From assembly GCA_046303375.1 (NCBI GenBank), contig JBKCGB010000071.1, forward strand, positions 3,919-67,918: DNA of 64,000 nucleotides. Direction: 5' to 3'. The notes beneath the pieces are model-generated. The model made no database searches and was not told where the DNA came from. It saw only the letters and a list, made by a program, of their open reading frames with translations. Position 1 is the stretch's first letter, and each line of letters begins with the position of its first letter. The stretch comes from Roseiflexaceae bacterium (lineage in GTDB: Bacteria; Chloroflexota; Chloroflexia; Chloroflexales; Roseiflexaceae). A program made the position numbers and the translations under genes. Positions 20,302 to 28,766 of the stretch are shown here, in pieces.

Positions 20302-20323
20302 ATACGTGGATTTATACACGTAT
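20302..20323. promoter_or_regulatory. inverted repeat ATACGTG-N8-CACGTAT in the divergent control region (candidate operator)
   Basis: Perfect 7-bp arms lie at 20302-20308 and 20317-20323. A third TATACGT copy lies at 20282-20288. The repeat sits between the fusion gene start (20265) and the FAD oxidoreductase start. Confidence 0.3.
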
Positions 20324-20391
20324 TGAATGCATGGAGTCCGACACATATGATACGCTATGAGTACTACGGATACACATATGGAAAACACAGC

Positions 20392-21507
20392 ATGAATGAT
20401 GTATTGTGGAACGATGAGGGATGGATTGCTTGCGAATCTTTGCAACGCAATATAACGTGTGATGTGTGTGTAGTTGGCCTGGGTGGGAGCGGGTTAGCTG
20501 CCATTGAATTGTTAGCAGCACATGGTGTAGATGTAGTTGGTATCGATGCTGGTATGGTTGGCGGTGCGGCAGCAGGGAGCAATGGCGGCTTTATATTGGC
20601 TGGTATCGCTGCGTTTCATCACGAAGCAGTGGCATCACTGGGTGCCACTACTGCGACTGCACTCTACCAAGAAACGATTGAAGAAATTGCACTTGTTGCA
20701 CAACACGAACCACTCTTTCGTCAGGTCGGCTCTTTGCGTATTGCCACAGATGCAAATGAATACTCAGACTGCGTGGCGCAATATGTACGCATGCGTCAAG
20801 ACGGATTGGCCGTTGAATGGTATGAGGGAAGCGAAGGCAAAGGGCTACTGTTTCCACATGATGGAGCATTTCAACCATTAAAACGCGTGCGTAGAATTGC
20901 AACCCACCTGCGAAATATTGGTATACGCTTATATGAACGGACACGTGCCACAAGTATCGAGAGTGGTCAACTCACTGCCAATGGCCATACCATCAGGTGT
21001 AACCAGATTATTGTGGCCGTTGATGGACAGCTTGAGCGCATCTTGCCCATCCTGCAACAACAGGTGCGCACTACCAGACTGCAAATGCTTGGTACTGCGC
21101 CAGACCACACTATCGTACTCCCGCGACCAGTGTATGCGCGGTATGGCTATGATTATTGGCAACAACTTCCTGATGGACGCATTGTCGTAGGTGGCAGTCG
21201 TGACAAATACGTGACATCTGAATGGGGATTCGGTACATTGCCCACGCCAGAAGTGCAAATGAGCATCGAAACAATCCTGCGTACGGTAATCGGTAGCAGT
21301 GCGGCAATCACTCATCGTTGGGGGGCGTCGGTGTCATACCGATCGGATGATATCCGACCGTTGATAACCCAAGTTGCACCACGCGTATGGGTGTGTGGCG
21401 CATACAACGGCACGGGCAACATCGTGGGGAGTATTTGTGCGAAACATGTGGCTCGGGCAATCATCACAGGCTCGACTACACACATGCAGGCGTGGATATC
21501 TGCGTAG
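20392..21507 (+). CDS. FAD-dependent oxidoreductase (DAO / glycine-D-amino-acid oxidase family)
   Basis: The dinucleotide-binding motif is DVCVVGLGGSGLAAIELL, and the C-terminus has GAYNGTGNIVGS. The start is uncertain (ORF track 20323; ATGs at 20347 and 20392). Confidence 0.8.
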   Translation: MNDVLWNDEGWIACESLQRNITCDVCVVGLGGSGLAAIELLAAHGVDVVGIDAGMVGGAAAGSNGGFILAGIAAFHHEAVASLGATTATALYQETIEEIALVAQHEPLFRQVGSLRIATDANEYSDCVAQYVRMRQDGLAVEWYEGSEGKGLLFPHDGAFQPLKRVRRIATHLRNIGIRLYERTRATSIESGQLTANGHTIRCNQIIVAVDGQLERILPILQQQVRTTRLQMLGTAPDHTIVLPRPVYARYGYDYWQQLPDGRIVVGGSRDKYVTSEWGFGTLPTPEVQMSIETILRTVIGSSAAITHRWGASVSYRSDDIRPLITQVAPRVWVCGAYNGTGNIVGSICAKHVARAIITGSTTHMQAWISA

Positions 21508-21568
21508 CGACGATACTCAGGTGCACTCACAAACGACGCATGGATATGCAAAACACAAAGAGAAGTCG

Positions 21569-22507
21569 ATGAATCATCCCGTATTACGCCTCATACGAAT
21601 AATCGTGCTGTGTATTGCGTGTATGCCATTGGCACATGGAGTGGGGTTTTTATATGGCGAGCTACTGCGTGCAAATCGCAATCAATTGGAAGTTGATATT
21701 AACCGATCCTTCGTGGCATATCGCACAGAACTCACTCAACTCACGCAGGGCACCTCGGATATGCCAGGCAGTGAAACCCCATTCATGAACACCATTATTG
21801 ATGCATTCATCCGCAGTGCAGGGTTGTATGTCTTTGCAGCCACGCTGGCGCTATGTGGTGGCATCTGGTGTGGTACTTCCATTGTTCATCGGCAAAGGGG
21901 TGCCCTACCGGCGTGGTTTAGCACATTGACCAGCACGGGTGCAGCACTTCCGGCACTCTTTTTTGCAAGTGGCAGCATCGCACTGATGTACTACGTACTC
22001 ATCTACACGTCCTACAACCTCCCTGTTCCACTGCAAGGATTTGGGTGGGACATACATCTCTTCATTCCGCTCTGCGCACTCTGTATTCGGTCACTGTGTA
22101 GCATTAGTCATCTCACCGCACTCGCACTTCATGATGAGTATCTCAAACCACATATCGTGGCAGTCCGAGCCAAAGGAATTGATGAAAGATACCTGTTGTT
22201 GCATCACATCTGGCCAGCCCAACAACAAACTATCATGCTGGCAAGTGTGTCCACTCTACGCATCATGCTTGCCGAATTAATCGTGATTGAATATTTGTTT
22301 CGTTGGCAAGGGATCGGGCATCTCTTTGCAAGCGCAGTCATCGCCCCACGTATGAGTAATGCGATAGCACTCCCCATATCCATGTCAAGCAGCGTAATTG
22401 CGGCATGTATTGTTGGCTTCATGATCTTGTACTTCTGCGGCGAATGTGTACGTGCAATCACCACGCCTCGCCACGAGCAAACCTCAGCCCAAACGGAGCT
22501 GTCATGA
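21569..22507 (+). CDS. ABC transporter permease (DppB/OppB-like, divergent)
   Basis: The start is moved to ATG 21569 (MNHPVLRLIRIIVLCIA), because the ORF-track extension overlaps the preceding gene. The motif LKPHIVAVRAKGIDERYLLLHHIWPAQQ resembles the YVRTARAKGL...R-H EAA-loop region of peptide-type permeases. Confidence 0.75.
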   Translation: MNHPVLRLIRIIVLCIACMPLAHGVGFLYGELLRANRNQLEVDINRSFVAYRTELTQLTQGTSDMPGSETPFMNTIIDAFIRSAGLYVFAATLALCGGIWCGTSIVHRQRGALPAWFSTLTSTGAALPALFFASGSIALMYYVLIYTSYNLPVPLQGFGWDIHLFIPLCALCIRSLCSISHLTALALHDEYLKPHIVAVRAKGIDERYLLLHHIWPAQQQTIMLASVSTLRIMLAELIVIEYLFRWQGIGHLFASAVIAPRMSNAIALPISMSSSVIAACIVGFMILYFCGECVRAITTPRHEQTSAQTELS

Positions 22508-24612
22508 AAGCCCACCTCATCATTGGCTGGCTTATTCTGATAGCAGTTGCAAGTATCACCATGTTTGGCGAAGCGCTTGCTCCACACCCTGCACGCGAAC
22601 GTCATGCAGTGTATATCGACGGTGATACGATTATCACGCCACCCTTCCCGATAGCCACACCCGGATTTGCACTTGGTTCGGATCAGTACGGCAGAGACAT
22701 TCTCAGTCGTTTACTCGTTGGCACCAAACCCACCATGCTCACAATCGTGATTGTGGCGTTGTTGCGTCTCAGCATTGGATGTGTGGCTGGCATTCTTGCG
22801 GTCACTGCACCATATGCCGTACGCATGTCCGTGAGATTGATTACCGCTGTCTTCGCAGCACTACCCGCCTTTGTGGGTGCACTTTTAGTGCTGACACTCA
22901 GCCCAAACACCACACTTGGAATCTTTGTTGTGGCACTGACGTGGAACAGTTGGGGAGATGTGGCAAAAGAAATCACCTATCATTTAACGCAATTGCAACA
23001 ACAGCCATACTATCATGCCGCAGTGAGCAGTGGCGACCAGCACCTGAGCATCATGGTGCGGCATGGTGGCCGTCTCATAGGTGCTCAGTTGCAACGACTG
23101 TTGCTACGAGAAATGAGTGCCGCGCTGACACTCCTTGCCATGGTCGGCTTTCTCGGGTACTTCGTCGGTGGTGCTACCTGGATGATTGTGGCAGGTGACG
23201 CAGTACCAATTGGTGCACGGGCTGCCGATTATCCGGAGCTGGGACAACTCCTCGCCACAAGCTTCGAACGCGTATTACGACCTGAAGCGTTAATCACAAC
23301 AGCAACCTATATCGGCTGTATCATCGTGGGTTTACAGTTCTTGCTCATTCAACCACAAGGATTGCCTCGACGACTCCCGGCATGGCTGCATGCACTCCGC
23401 ACAGATGTCGAATGGTGGATTGCTCGTCGCGCTGCGGTATGGCTACTCATGGTGCTGGGAGGCATTGGTGGATTCGCGTACTGGTTACTTACCCCAACAC
23501 CCGTCACAGTGCATGCTGACAACCGACCTGCACCAGTCATTCTGCAACGGGTGAACCCATGGGGGATGTATGGCGGCGATGCAAGTCAAAGCTTTCGCAG
23601 TGCAGATCCATATGCACCATATCAAGCCGTCATCTTGCATGCACCACGAGCACTCACAAGTGCACCTATTGTGAGTGCTCGTGATGATATCTATGTCTAT
23701 GCGGGAGATACGTTGTTGAAGTGGCAGGAAGGTAGCGTTACGTCAATCACACTTCCTTTTTCTCCAATCGGTAATCCGGCTATTGACACTTCAGGGAATG
23801 TGGTGGTGGTAGGAGCACACGGTGAACTTTTGCACATTGACTCACATGGGCAGGTAGCGCTGCAATATCGTACCACGACGCGGGGGCAAGCAACGAGTGG
23901 TGCAATCATTGATGCCGCAGGCAATGTTGCAGTCACGGTGGTCGATCGTATCGAATTCTTTGATGCACGCGGCACGGCAAAGTGGGCGACAGTGGCAATC
24001 GATGGATACAATGAATTCCCACCACTGTTGAGTCCAGATGGAACGATAATTGTGCTTGCAAACCAAGCATTTGATGTCGCAGATGGGGGGCGATTGCCAC
24101 TGTTTGCTGGGAATCCATCTGCACAATATGAAGGTGCTGCCCTGATTAGCGGTGCCGATGGATTCATCTATCGGCGAATTGGACACAGCATGACGCAACT
24201 CGATGTCGAAGAATTTGTTCCCACTGAAATCCGTACAATTGATTGGGATGCAGCACACGTTACGATGTTTTTTCCACAGCTCAGTGGTGTGACAATCGAG
24301 GGCGTGGCTTGGCAACTCTATAGCGGCTACGGCAGTCGTGCCACCTTTGTGTGGATGTATGGCCAGCACCAGTATCACACCACGCCACTACGTGCTCAAA
24401 GTCTTCTCCTCACCGTTGGCGATGATGCGAGCGCGGTATTTTGCACGCCATATCACATCTATGCCCGTACACCAGGTGGCAAGAATGATGTATGGGAATA
24501 TGCTATTAACCCTGCGCTTGGCGAATGCCTAGGTGGGGCATTCACCGACACGTTTAGTGTGGTAGCCTTTACCGATGCTTTGGTGTGGTATGCCTCACCA
24601 GAGACTCGGTGA
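22504..24612 (+). CDS. ABC transporter permease (DppC/OppC-like) fused to extra TM segments and a ~330-aa beta-propeller-like ectodomain
   Basis: ATG 22504 overlaps the upstream stop (ATGA). The N-terminal LGSDQYGRDILSRLLVG is the DppC signature. After aa ~300 come new TM helices, then repeats such as GNVVVVGAHGELLHIDSHGQV, GNVAVTVVDRIEFFDARGTAKW and DGTIIVLANQAFDVADGG, which are PQQ/BamB-like blades. Confidence 0.75.
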   Translation: MKAHLIIGWLILIAVASITMFGEALAPHPARERHAVYIDGDTIITPPFPIATPGFALGSDQYGRDILSRLLVGTKPTMLTIVIVALLRLSIGCVAGILAVTAPYAVRMSVRLITAVFAALPAFVGALLVLTLSPNTTLGIFVVALTWNSWGDVAKEITYHLTQLQQQPYYHAAVSSGDQHLSIMVRHGGRLIGAQLQRLLLREMSAALTLLAMVGFLGYFVGGATWMIVAGDAVPIGARAADYPELGQLLATSFERVLRPEALITTATYIGCIIVGLQFLLIQPQGLPRRLPAWLHALRTDVEWWIARRAAVWLLMVLGGIGGFAYWLLTPTPVTVHADNRPAPVILQRVNPWGMYGGDASQSFRSADPYAPYQAVILHAPRALTSAPIVSARDDIYVYAGDTLLKWQEGSVTSITLPFSPIGNPAIDTSGNVVVVGAHGELLHIDSHGQVALQYRTTTRGQATSGAIIDAAGNVAVTVVDRIEFFDARGTAKWATVAIDGYNEFPPLLSPDGTIIVLANQAFDVADGGRLPLFAGNPSAQYEGAALISGADGFIYRRIGHSMTQLDVEEFVPTEIRTIDWDAAHVTMFFPQLSGVTIEGVAWQLYSGYGSRATFVWMYGQHQYHTTPLRAQSLLLTVGDDASAVFCTPYHIYARTPGGKNDVWEYAINPALGECLGGAFTDTFSVVAFTDALVWYASPETR

Positions 24613-25572
24613 TGTGAGAATTGACGCAAGCACGGGTGGTTCGATGTTTCCACCACACAGAATCACTCCCACGTTGCGCAATGTCGTAGGGACCTTTCCT
24701 GCAAGCAGTGCACCAGGCCCTGTACCAGCACTCGGTTCGATGAGTTGCTTGAGCGTCAACAACACACTTTGTGTGCCAGCACTGATTTCGGCTTCACTCA
24801 CAGTAATAATTTGAGACACATGCTGCTGCACAATCGGGAAAGTAAGTGCACCCGGGGTCGTAATTCGGAGTCCATCAGCAATGGTATCTGGCGCAGGAAT
24901 AGTCACACGTGTTTGCGCCAACAACGACTGATACGTATCAGCGGCTTGTGCTGGCTCTACACCAATAACGTGCAAGTGTGGATTATGCGCATGCGCAGCA
25001 ATTGCACTCCCAGCGATCAAACCACCACCACCCACCGGCACCAGCACGGCATCAAGATATGGAATTTGTGCGCATAACTCGAGTACGGCTGTCCCTTGTC
25101 CTGCAATAATGTGGTGATGATCGTAGGGTGGAATCAGCGTCAAACCACGAGCCTCGGCGTGCGTTTTGGCCACGTGTTCACGGTCTTGTGTAAGCCGGTC
25201 ATAGTGGATGATTTCTGCACCATAGGCAGCAGTTGCCGCCACTTTAACTGCTGGTGCATCCGTTGGCATACAAATGACAGCGGGTATTCCCAACAATTTA
25301 GCCGCTAATGCCACACCTTGAGCATGATTACCTGACGAAAACGCGATGACTCCGGCTTTTTTTGCGGATGCAGAGAGCTGCACCAATGCATTGTACGCTC
25401 CACGAAACTTAAATGACCCAGTTCGTTGCAGATGCTCTGCTTTGAAATAAACGTTGCAACCGACACGCGCATTAAAGCGCCGCGACTGCAAGACTGGCGT
25501 ATAGTGTGCAATATCCTGCAATCGTTCAGCGGCAGCCAAGACATCCACATATGTTGGCATTGTTTCCCTCAT
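24595..25572 (-). CDS. PLP-dependent threonine/serine dehydratase (serine-racemase-like family)
   Basis: The PLP-lysine motif is SFKFRGAYN, with SSGNHAQGVALAA and VPVGGGGLIAG also present. At 325 aa it has no ACT-like regulatory domain. It is convergent with the preceding gene and overlaps it by 18 nt. Confidence 0.88.
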   Translation of the reverse strand: MRETMPTYVDVLAAAERLQDIAHYTPVLQSRRFNARVGCNVYFKAEHLQRTGSFKFRGAYNALVQLSASAKKAGVIAFSSGNHAQGVALAAKLLGIPAVICMPTDAPAVKVAATAAYGAEIIHYDRLTQDREHVAKTHAEARGLTLIPPYDHHHIIAGQGTAVLELCAQIPYLDAVLVPVGGGGLIAGSAIAAHAHNPHLHVIGVEPAQAADTYQSLLAQTRVTIPAPDTIADGLRITTPGALTFPIVQQHVSQIITVSEAEISAGTQSVLLTLKQLIEPSAGTGPGALLAGKVPTTLRNVGVILCGGNIEPPVLASILTSPSLW

Positions 25573-25695
25573 ACGTTATTGCGGTTTTTTGTATTGTATG
25601 AGATAACACTGGTTACGCAAATTGGCAAATTGATCTGTTTCGCCGTACTATGTGAAGACACACGCAACTAAAGATTTACCAAACGAAAGGTCTCC

Positions 25696-26871
25696 ATGGC
25701 AACCAAACGGCTTTATATGCACCGCAGTCACGATGTTGCCATGGTGCTCGCTCTCTTGATCAACGTGCAGCTCGCATATTCGTTTGGCACCATTGGTGTT
25801 GCTACAATCGACCTCCTTGCCAGGCTCAATATGTCGTATTCACTCCTCGGTGCCATTTCTGTCATCGGTGCATTCTTGAGCATGATTTCGATGATGGTCG
25901 GAGGTAGTCTTGTCGGGTATATTGGCACACGCAACACGATAATGTACACGACCCCCATCATGTTTGTGTCACACATAGCACTAGCCGTGTTTCCTTCTAC
26001 CACTACGTTAATCGCGGTCAATATAGGCTGGGGGGTCGGATTTGGTGCGCTTTTGATTGCATGCACCGCGGTCATCATTGATTGGGAACGTGAACGACGC
26101 AAACGCATCATTGACGCATTCCAAGCATCTTGGAATATTGCTGCAATTGTTGGAGCATTACTTGGTGGCGTTTTTCTCAGCTGGCAATGGACATTTGGTG
26201 ATGTGATGTGGGCAGCAGCCATTACACTCATTCCACTATGGGTCGGTGTCCTATTCGCTTCTTTTCCAAGTTCAGGAGTCATCGAAGAAGCAAGTCATCC
26301 ACTTGCTTCATTCAGTTATATTGCGCAATATCGTGATTTGTTGTTGCTCGGCATCATGATGATTTTGGTGACGTTTGTACAAAACATTGGGCAAACGTGG
26401 TCACCCTTGTACCTTGACTCGCTCGGTGCAAACCCAATAATCAGTGGGGCCGCATTGGCCTCATTCCAAGCAGCTGTTGCACTCTTTCGCCTCATCAATG
26501 GGGTGCTCGTGAGTCGTTTCAGTGCCAAAGTTATCCTCTTTTGTGGTGCCTTGGGTATTTGTGTGTCGGCAGTGCTCCTCTACACAGTGCCCAATCAGTA
26601 TGTGGTGTTGTTCGCGTTTATTTTGATGGGTGCCGCGATAGCAGGCACGCAACCAACAGCCATTTCAATTGGTGTACGACTACACCCCACCAAAAGTGCA
26701 GCCCTGAGCAGTGGCATCATGGCACTTGGCGAATTAGGGTTTATCATCAGCACTCCATTGACGGGTTGGGTTGCAGATGCACATGGAATGTCAGCCGCCA
26801 TGGCGCTCGCACTCCCATGTGGTATTGCGATGATTATCGCGGTACTCCTTGTACCCCGCACTACTTCGTGA
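25696..26871 (+). CDS. MFS transporter
   Basis: The 391-aa protein is hydrophobic throughout, with about 12 TM-like segments and a loop GSLVGYIGTRNT resembling MFS motif A. Confidence 0.8.
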   Translation: MATKRLYMHRSHDVAMVLALLINVQLAYSFGTIGVATIDLLARLNMSYSLLGAISVIGAFLSMISMMVGGSLVGYIGTRNTIMYTTPIMFVSHIALAVFPSTTTLIAVNIGWGVGFGALLIACTAVIIDWERERRKRIIDAFQASWNIAAIVGALLGGVFLSWQWTFGDVMWAAAITLIPLWVGVLFASFPSSGVIEEASHPLASFSYIAQYRDLLLLGIMMILVTFVQNIGQTWSPLYLDSLGANPIISGAALASFQAAVALFRLINGVLVSRFSAKVILFCGALGICVSAVLLYTVPNQYVVLFAFILMGAAIAGTQPTAISIGVRLHPTKSAALSSGIMALGELGFIISTPLTGWVADAHGMSAAMALALPCGIAMIIAVLLVPRTTS

Positions 26872-26875
26872 TTAT

Positions 26876-26904
26876 TTGTACAATTCAACCTTCTGCGCTA
26901 CAAT
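26876..26904 (+). promoter_or_regulatory. sigma-70-like promoter TTGTAC-N17-TACAAT
   Basis: The -35 element is at 26876-26881 and the -10 at 26899-26904. They are followed by a GGAGG RBS (26911-26915) and ATG 26920. Confidence 0.5.
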
Positions 26905-26919
26905 AGCGCTGGAGGTTCT

Positions 26920-27261
26920 ATGCGGTTCGTACGTACACGTCATTTTGTGCTAGTGTTGAGTGTTTGGTTTATCATAGCGTTCCCATGGGCATGTATGCGT
27001 CATTGTGCGATGCATGTCGCTTCCATGCATCACCCCGCACAGTTTGTGTGTCAGCTGCAATTCCATGGTGTAGACCAAGGAGTTGGATCATCAACACTTG
27101 GTTCAAATTCACCATCAGGGGGACCATCTCTGACGTTATTTGTTCTCACGAGTAGCATCGTATTGCTGTATGTCACACAAACTACAGCATTTCATTCCAC
27201 CAGCCCACACTGGCAAACTTATTTCCTCACCACACCTGTACCACCGCCAAAGTCTGCCTAA
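26920..27261 (+). CDS. hypothetical Cys/His/Met-rich small membrane protein (first gene of the copper-chaperone cluster)
   Basis: It has its own promoter-like element and a GGAGG RBS. There is an N-terminal TM, then ACMRHCAMHVASMHHP (C-x3-C flanked by His and Met), then a second TM LTLFVLTSSIVLLYV. I recognise no family with confidence. Confidence 0.5.
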   Translation: MRFVRTRHFVLVLSVWFIIAFPWACMRHCAMHVASMHHPAQFVCQLQFHGVDQGVGSSTLGSNSPSGGPSLTLFVLTSSIVLLYVTQTTAFHSTSPHWQTYFLTTPVPPPKSA

Positions 27262-27297
27262 TGATTGTGCATCTTTGCCGATTAGAAAGGACTGCAA

Positions 27298-27885
27298 ATG
27301 CGGATTCGACTTCGATTGCTCTGCTGGTATTGTGTGCTAGTTTGTTGCTTGAGTGCATGTAGCACCTACGAATTCAAAAACACGCAACTTGCCCCACCAG
27401 ATCGTGCGTTTGATTTTGCCTTGATTGATCAGAACAATCAATCACAAACACTCGGCGGGATGCGTGGCAATGTCGTACTAATTTTTTTTGGGTTCACCAA
27501 TTGTCCAGATGTCTGCCCTGCGACGTTGTCCGACATGCAACTCCTTTACAATCGGCTGGGTGAAGATGCCAAAGACGTACGCATGGTGTTCATTACAGTA
27601 GATCCTGAGCGTGACACGCCCGATAAACTCAAACGGTTTGTGGAGCGCTTTGATGCACGCATCATGGCACTCAGTGGTGATACTGCAGCGCTACAAGCCA
27701 CCTATGCTGCCTATGGAGCCGGGGCAACTCGCCGAGAGTTGGCCAATTCAGCACTCAAATACACGATGGATCACACGAGCACAATGACTGTTGTTGACAA
27801 ACAAGGTATGCGCCGCTTACTGGTAGGATTCGCAAGTAATCTCGATGACACCGAGAGCGATATTCGCGCGTTAATCAATGAATGA
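27298..27885 (+). CDS. SCO1/SenC-family copper chaperone / thiol-disulfide oxidoreductase
   Basis: It has a lipoprotein-like signal (LSACS), the motif FGFTNCPDVCP (CxxxC) and the conserved distal His in MDHTS. Confidence 0.9.
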   Translation: MRIRLRLLCWYCVLVCCLSACSTYEFKNTQLAPPDRAFDFALIDQNNQSQTLGGMRGNVVLIFFGFTNCPDVCPATLSDMQLLYNRLGEDAKDVRMVFITVDPERDTPDKLKRFVERFDARIMALSGDTAALQATYAAYGAGATRRELANSALKYTMDHTSTMTVVDKQGMRRLLVGFASNLDDTESDIRALINE

Positions 27886-27904
27886 CGACAAAAGGACTTA
27901 GATA

Positions 27905-28420
27905 ATGAAACGACACATGATTGGTTTGCTGGTTTTATTGAGCATAACGATTAGTGCCTGCGGAATGCACTCACCAGCGAACAAAATGCAACACCAAACC
28001 GACATGAACGGTGGTGAAATGGTACTGCCCACACCAGACATGCAGGCACCAATTGCAGCTTCGATCAAAAATATCCGCTTATCGGATCCGTGGGCACGTC
28101 CAAGCACCAAGGGAGAAAACAGTGCAAGTTATGTCATCATCAACAACGGTGGTGAGGCAGACACACTGGTAGCTGTAACTGGGGTAGTAGCAAGCAACCT
28201 CGAGTTGCACATGGTCGAAAACGTCGATGGAGTGATGAAAATGCGTCCTGTTGAAGGCGGCATTCCCATCCCTGGCAACAACATTCAAACACTGCAACCA
28301 GGTGGATACCACATTATGATGATTGGGCTAACCCGTGATTTGCGCGCCGGCGACACGTTCGATTTGACACTCACGTTTGCACAAGCAGGTGATGTCACGA
28401 TTTCTGTCACGGTACGTTGA
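27905..28420 (+). CDS. PCu(A)C-family periplasmic copper chaperone (DUF461)
   Basis: It has a lipoprotein-like signal (ISACG). The Cu(I) motif is H-X10-M-X22-H-X-M, read as HMVENVDGVMKM...YHIM. Confidence 0.88.
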   Translation: MKRHMIGLLVLLSITISACGMHSPANKMQHQTDMNGGEMVLPTPDMQAPIAASIKNIRLSDPWARPSTKGENSASYVIINNGGEADTLVAVTGVVASNLELHMVENVDGVMKMRPVEGGIPIPGNNIQTLQPGGYHIMMIGLTRDLRAGDTFDLTLTFAQAGDVTISVTVR

Positions 28421-28749
28421 TGTTTACTCGTGCGCGTCGTTTACTATTCGTCATTGTACTGATTGGCTGTGCCCTAGCCAGCGGATACTGGTTGTATGAA
28501 ACGGCGCGCACAGTCGAACTCACCATTACCGACCCACAACAGGCGTTGCCCTCACAAATCACGCTCATCCGCGGCATTAAAGATGTGCTCGTCATCAAAA
28601 ACGTGAGCGCGAGTACAGTCACCGTAGCAGGTACGACACTCGCCCCAGGTCAACAGTTTCGCCAATACTACCGAAGTGCAGGTGAGTATTCGTTTACCTG
28701 CAGTGTGCATAATGGACAAACGTTGCACGTCATCGTACGTGAACCATGA
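28417..28749 (+). CDS. small membrane-anchored cupredoxin-like protein (degenerate copper site)
   Basis: The start overlaps the previous stop (GTTGATG). There is an N-terminal TM, then a beta-rich domain ending GEYSFTCSVHNGQTLHVIV. That tail resembles the cupredoxin C-x2-H-x4-M loop but has Leu at the axial position, and no upstream His ligand is evident. Confidence 0.55.
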   Translation: MMFTRARRLLFVIVLIGCALASGYWLYETARTVELTITDPQQALPSQITLIRGIKDVLVIKNVSASTVTVAGTTLAPGQQFRQYYRSAGEYSFTCSVHNGQTLHVIVREP

Positions 28750-28766
28750 TTATTGTTTCGTGATAA

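Noticed and set aside
21374-21568. 65-codon N-terminal extension of the first ABC permease ORF overlapping the FAD oxidoreductase gene
   Set aside because: The extension is basic and low-complexity and overlaps a supported CDS in another frame. ATG 21569 begins a hydrophobic permease N-terminus. The same reasoning applies to the extensions at 22405-22503, 7948-8004, 39711-39761 and 42402-42482.
23697-24378. Two long minus-strand ORFs (156 and 178 aa) within the propeller-encoding part of the permease fusion
   Set aside because: They overlap each other and the plus-strand frame, which shows repeated blade motifs. Neither has any independent support.
25728-26282. 184-aa minus-strand ORF inside the MFS transporter gene
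   Set aside because: It is an antisense shadow of a hydrophobic-protein gene and has no start context.
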